A DNA stretch of 64,000 bases, from assembly GCA_963676795.2 (NCBI GenBank), contig CAXXTB010000001.1, positions 1,120,001 to 1,184,000 on the forward strand, read 5' to 3'. Every line of letters starts with the position of its first letter. The stretch's first letter is position 1. The position numbers and the translations under genes are program-made. The notes beneath the pieces are model-generated. The model was not told the DNA's origin. It saw only the letters and a list, made by a program, of their open reading frames with translations, and did no database searches. This document shows positions 60,388 to 64,000 of the stretch, piece by piece. This DNA is from Geopsychrobacteraceae bacterium (GTDB lineage: Bacteria; Desulfobacterota; Desulfuromonadia; Desulfuromonadales; Geopsychrobacteraceae).

Positions 60388-61803
60388 TCAGCCGTGGATC
60401 GCTTCCTTGTTGACCGCCAGGGCCGCTTCCTTGAAGGCTTCGGCGAGGGTCGGATGGGCATGACAGGTGACGGCCAGATCATGGACACTGCCGGAGAAGG
60501 ACAGCACGGCAGTTGCTTCGGCGATCAGCTCCGAGGCGGTCGGGCCGATGATATGCACGCCGAGCAGGCGGCCACTGTCGGGGGTGGCCAGCACCTTGAC
60601 AAACCCTTCGCTCATACCTGAGGCCAGGGCGCGGCCATTGGCGGCGAAGAAGAATTTACCCGCTTTGTAGGCGGTTCCGGCTTCTTTGAGTTCTTCCTCG
60701 GTCTTGCCGACCGCAGCGGCTTCAGGCCAGGTGTAGGTGACCCCCGGAATGATGTCGTAGTTGATGGCTGACTTGTGACCGGCCAGGCGCTCGGCGAAGG
60801 CAACCCCTTCTTCGCTGGCTTTGTGAGCCAGCATCGGACCCGGCACCAGGTCGCCAATGGCGTAGATGCCGGGAACCTTTGTCTGGTAGTTGACGTCGAC
60901 TTCGAGCTGCCCCTGCCTGTTGGTTTCGAGTCCGACGGCATCGAGGCCAAGACCGGCGGTGGACGCGCGGCGTCCGGTGGCGACCAGTACCTTGTCGCAG
61001 ACGAGAGTCTGTTCCCCTTTTTCGCTGCTTAAGGTCGCGCTGATAACGTTTTTCTCGATAGCGATCTTTTCCAGCCGGGTTTTGAGCAGGATCTCGATTC
61101 CCTGCTTCTTCAGGCTGCGTTGCAGGGTCTGGGCGATCTGGCCATCCATTGCCGGCAGAATCTGCGGCAGCATCTCGACAACCGTGACCTCGGCACCGAG
61201 GCGACTCCAGACCGAACTCATCTCCAGGCCAATGACGCCGCCGCCGACCACCAGCAGGCGTTTCGGTACGGCATCGAGGCTTAAGGCATCGCGGGCATTG
61301 ATGACGTTCTTGCCGTCAAACGGCAGGTGGGGCAGTTCGAAGGCTTCACTGCCGGTCGCCAGCAGGATGCTTTTCGCCGCCATTTCTGTTTCCCCTTCAG
61401 GGCCGCTGACCCGGACCTTGCGCAGCTCGCCGTCAGGCGGCAGCAGGCTGGCGGTGCCGGTGATTGCATCGATCTTGTTCTTTTTGAACAGGGCGGCGAT
61501 GCCGCCGGTCAGTTTGGTGATGATCTCTTCCTTGCGCGCCATCATCTTGTTCAGGTTCAGCTTGGCGCCGGTGATCTCGATTCCGTGATCGGCCAGTTCA
61601 TGCTGAACCCGGGCGTAATTTTCGCTCGACTCCAGCAGCGCCTTGCTCGGAATACAGCCTTCGTTCAGACAGACGCCGCCTAAGCTGGCGCGCTTTTCAA
61701 CCACGGCGACGGAAAAACCGAGCTGAGAGGCGCGAATCGCAGCGACGTAGCCGCCAGGTCCGGCACCGATGACGATCAGGTCGTAGATTTTATCAGACAT
61801 CAT
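60388..61803 (-). CDS. lpdA: Dihydrolipoyl dehydrogenase
   Basis: GAGPGG, GGVCLNEGCIPSK, HAHPTLAE. Confidence 0.97.
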   Translation of the reverse strand: MMSDKIYDLIVIGAGPGGYVAAIRASQLGFSVAVVEKRASLGGVCLNEGCIPSKALLESSENYARVQHELADHGIEITGAKLNLNKMMARKEEIITKLTGGIAALFKKNKIDAITGTASLLPPDGELRKVRVSGPEGETEMAAKSILLATGSEAFELPHLPFDGKNVINARDALSLDAVPKRLLVVGGGVIGLEMSSVWSRLGAEVTVVEMLPQILPAMDGQIAQTLQRSLKKQGIEILLKTRLEKIAIEKNVISATLSSEKGEQTLVCDKVLVATGRRASTAGLGLDAVGLETNRQGQLEVDVNYQTKVPGIYAIGDLVPGPMLAHKASEEGVAFAERLAGHKSAINYDIIPGVTYTWPEAAAVGKTEEELKEAGTAYKAGKFFFAANGRALASGMSEGFVKVLATPDSGRLLGVHIIGPTASELIAEATAVLSFSGSVHDLAVTCHAHPTLAEAFKEAALAVNKEAIHG

Positions 61804-61850
61804 CTCTCCTCTTGATGGATCATTATGTGAAAGATTGAAACGGGTTTTTA

Positions 61851-61930
61851 TCAAAACTCAGCGTTGCTGAGTTTTTCCGGTTCTGCCCGTTTGAGGAGCC
61901 CGCTCCTCAAACGGACAGAACTGAATTATT
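61851..61930. repeat. Miniature cap-B repeat
   Basis: AAAACTCAGCGTTGCTGAGTTTT plus GTTCTGCCCGTTTGAGGAGC..GCTCCTCAAACGGACAGAAC; matches 17563-17603 inverted and 27517-27544. Confidence 0.75.
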
Positions 61931-61939
61931 CGTAGTCGT

Positions 61940-63166
61940 TCAGAGTTTCAATAACAGGGTTTCCGGATCGTCGATATAGGTCTTGATCTGTTTGAGAAAA
62001 CCGACCGCCTGTTGGCCGTCGATGATCCGGTGATCATAGCTCAAGGCCAGGTTCATCATCGGCCGGATGACCACTTCGCCATTACGGGCAACAGGACGGT
62101 CGACGATGGCGTGCATGCCGAGGATCGCACTCTGCGGCGGATTGAGGATCGGGGTCGAGAGCAGGGACCCGTAGACGCCGCCGTTGCTGATGGTGAAGGT
62201 GCCGCCTTCCAGTTCATCGAGGGTCAACTTGCCGGCCTGGGCGCGCTTGGCGAAGTCGGCGATAGTCGCTTCGATTTCATGGAAACTGAGCAGGTTGGCG
62301 TTGCGGATGACCGGAACCACCAGGCCGCGCTTGCTGCCGACGGCGACCCCGATGTCGATGTAGTTGTGGTAGATCATGTCGTTGCCGTCGATGCTGGCGT
62401 TGACCTCCGGGTAGAGCTCTAGGGCAGAGGCGGCTGCCTTGACGAAGAATGACATGAAGCCGAGGTTGATGCCGTGACGCTCCTTGAAGGCCTCTTTGTA
62501 GCTGGCGCGGATGTCCTTGGTCTTGCTCATGTCGGTCTCGTTGAAGGTCGTCAGCATGGCCGTCTCCTGCTTGGCCTTGAGCAGGTGCTCAGCGATCTTC
62601 TTGCGGATCTGACTCATCGGCATGCGCTTGATCCGTTCACCGTTGCCGGCCGCAGGGGCTGCTGGCTTGACCGCCGGGGCAGGTGCGGCCGCTTTGGGCG
62701 CAGCGGCCTGAACCGGCGCCTGGGCCGGAATGTCGTCGACCAGAATGCGTCCGTCACGGCCGCTGCCGGTGAGGCTTGCCGGGTCGATGCCGCGTTCGGC
62801 GGCGATCTTCGGCACCGCCGGGTTCATCGGCGCATCCCCCTTGGCAGGCGCAGCCGGAGCCGATTCCGCTTGGGCTGCTGAGGCCGGTGCTGGCTGGGCT
62901 TTTTCTTCCGGGGCCGTAACTTCTGCCGGTTTTACCGCGCTTTCGTCGATCTGGCCGATGGTCGCGCCGATGGCGACAACGTCACCGGTCTGGGCCATGA
63001 TCTTCAGGACACCTGAGGCTTCAGCGATGATTTCGACATTGACCTTTTCTGTCTCCAGCTCCATCAGCAGCTCGTCTTTTTCGACGTACTCGCCATCTTT
63101 TTTGAACCACTCACCGATGGCCGCTTCAACGATCGATTCGCCGACCTGGGGAACAATAATCTCCAT
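61940..63166 (-). CDS. sucB: 2-oxoglutarate dehydrogenase E2 (dihydrolipoyl succinyltransferase)
   Basis: Lipoyl domain [22 protein letters not shown]. Confidence 0.96.
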   Translation of the reverse strand: MEIIVPQVGESIVEAAIGEWFKKDGEYVEKDELLMELETEKVNVEIIAEASGVLKIMAQTGDVVAIGATIGQIDESAVKPAEVTAPEEKAQPAPASAAQAESAPAAPAKGDAPMNPAVPKIAAERGIDPASLTGSGRDGRILVDDIPAQAPVQAAAPKAAAPAPAVKPAAPAAGNGERIKRMPMSQIRKKIAEHLLKAKQETAMLTTFNETDMSKTKDIRASYKEAFKERHGINLGFMSFFVKAAASALELYPEVNASIDGNDMIYHNYIDIGVAVGSKRGLVVPVIRNANLLSFHEIEATIADFAKRAQAGKLTLDELEGGTFTISNGGVYGSLLSTPILNPPQSAILGMHAIVDRPVARNGEVVIRPMMNLALSYDHRIIDGQQAVGFLKQIKTYIDDPETLLLKL

Positions 63167-63191
63167 AATGACAACCTCTCAAAGATAAATT

Positions 63192-64000
63192 TTATGACAA
63201 TGGGGCAAAGGCTTGATCAAGAATCTGCTGCTGCTCGATCTTGTGGATCCGGTGCGAGCCGACGGCGGTACTTGCCGAGCGTTTACGCCCGACGTAGACC
63301 GGCTCCTTGCCGAGCAGTTCGCGTAGCTGCGGACGCAGGTGGTCCCAGCCGCCGCCGTTGCCGATCTCTTCCTGAACCCAGAAATACTCGGTCGACTTGC
63401 GGTAAGGCGCGACAATCTGCTTGAGCAGCTCAGCATGCAGTGGAAAGAGTTGCTCGATACGGACGATCGCCACATCGCTGCGGCCAAGGTCACTGCGCTG
63501 CTGGAGCAGTTCGAAGTAGATCTTGCCACTGCAGAACAGGATCCGTTTGCAGTCTTTCGGGTTGAGATCGTCGGCGATGATCTCCTGGAACGAGCCGCTG
63601 GTCAGCTCGGCGACCCTGGAGGAACAGGCCGGATGACGTAGCATCGCTTTCGGGGTTGCGACGATCAGCGGCCGGCGGTAGCTGGAGCGGACCTGGCGGC
63701 GCAGCAGGTGGAACAGCTGGGCCGGGGTGCTCGGGTTGACGACCAGCATGTTGTTGTCGGCGCAGAGTTGCAGGTAGCGTTCGATACGGGCGCTGGAATG
63801 TTCAGGCCCCTGTCCTTCGTAGCCGTGGGGCAGAAACATGGCCAGGCCGGTCGGTCGGTCCCACTTGGCCAGCGAACTGGCGATGAACTGATCGATGATC
63901 ACCTGGGCACCGTTGGCGAAATCGCCAAACTGGGCTTCCCAGATGGTCAGGTCGTCGGGGGTCTCGACCGAATAGCCGTAATCGAAACCTAAGACCGCCG
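63192..64000 (-). CDS. sucA: 2-oxoglutarate dehydrogenase E1, 5'-truncated by window
   Basis: WEAQFGDFANGAQ, LPHGYEGQGPEHSSAR, WVQEE. Confidence 0.96.
   Translation of the reverse strand, partial: AVLGFDYGYSVETPDDLTIWEAQFGDFANGAQVIIDQFIASSLAKWDRPTGLAMFLPHGYEGQGPEHSSARIERYLQLCADNNMLVVNPSTPAQLFHLLRRQVRSSYRRPLIVATPKAMLRHPACSSRVAELTSGSFQEIIADDLNPKDCKRILFCSGKIYFELLQQRSDLGRSDVAIVRIEQLFPLHAELLKQIVAPYRKSTEYFWVQEEIGNGGGWDHLRPQLRELLGKEPVYVGRKRSASTAVGSHRIHKIEQQQILDQAFAPLS

Overview
A GC-rich bacterial window whose gene content suggests a Desulfuromonadales/Geobacter-like anaerobe (inference). In order it holds: two orphan TRAP DctP genes around a hypABCDEF operon; a rhodanese-like gene with an in-frame TGA and SECIS-like hairpin; IclR and OmpR/CpxR-type regulators; two nitroreductases; a codon-biased SDR; a NuoE/NuoF/GltD-like candidate electron-bifurcating complex; and pntAB. 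A nitrogen island follows: nifHDK-nifX-fdx-nifB (no nifEN in the window), draTG, an ANTAR regulator, amtB-glnK and a sensor kinase. It carries five sigma54 promoters, two of which drive glucosylglycerate genes, and an ANTAR antitermination leader before nifH. Next is an accessory patch with an HUH/Y1 transposase-like gene inside perfect 22-bp inverted repeats, directly abutting integron-type attC cassettes with no integrase in the window. The window ends with three tiny membrane-peptide ORFs plus a candidate sRNA, a purine ABC transporter with xpt, an M23 peptidase and sucA(partial)-sucB-lpdA. Four ~400-bp modular intergenic repeats each consist of two tail-to-tail halves with a covarying hairpin/triple-helix core. 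These repeats and the Y1/attC locus are the most unusual signals.
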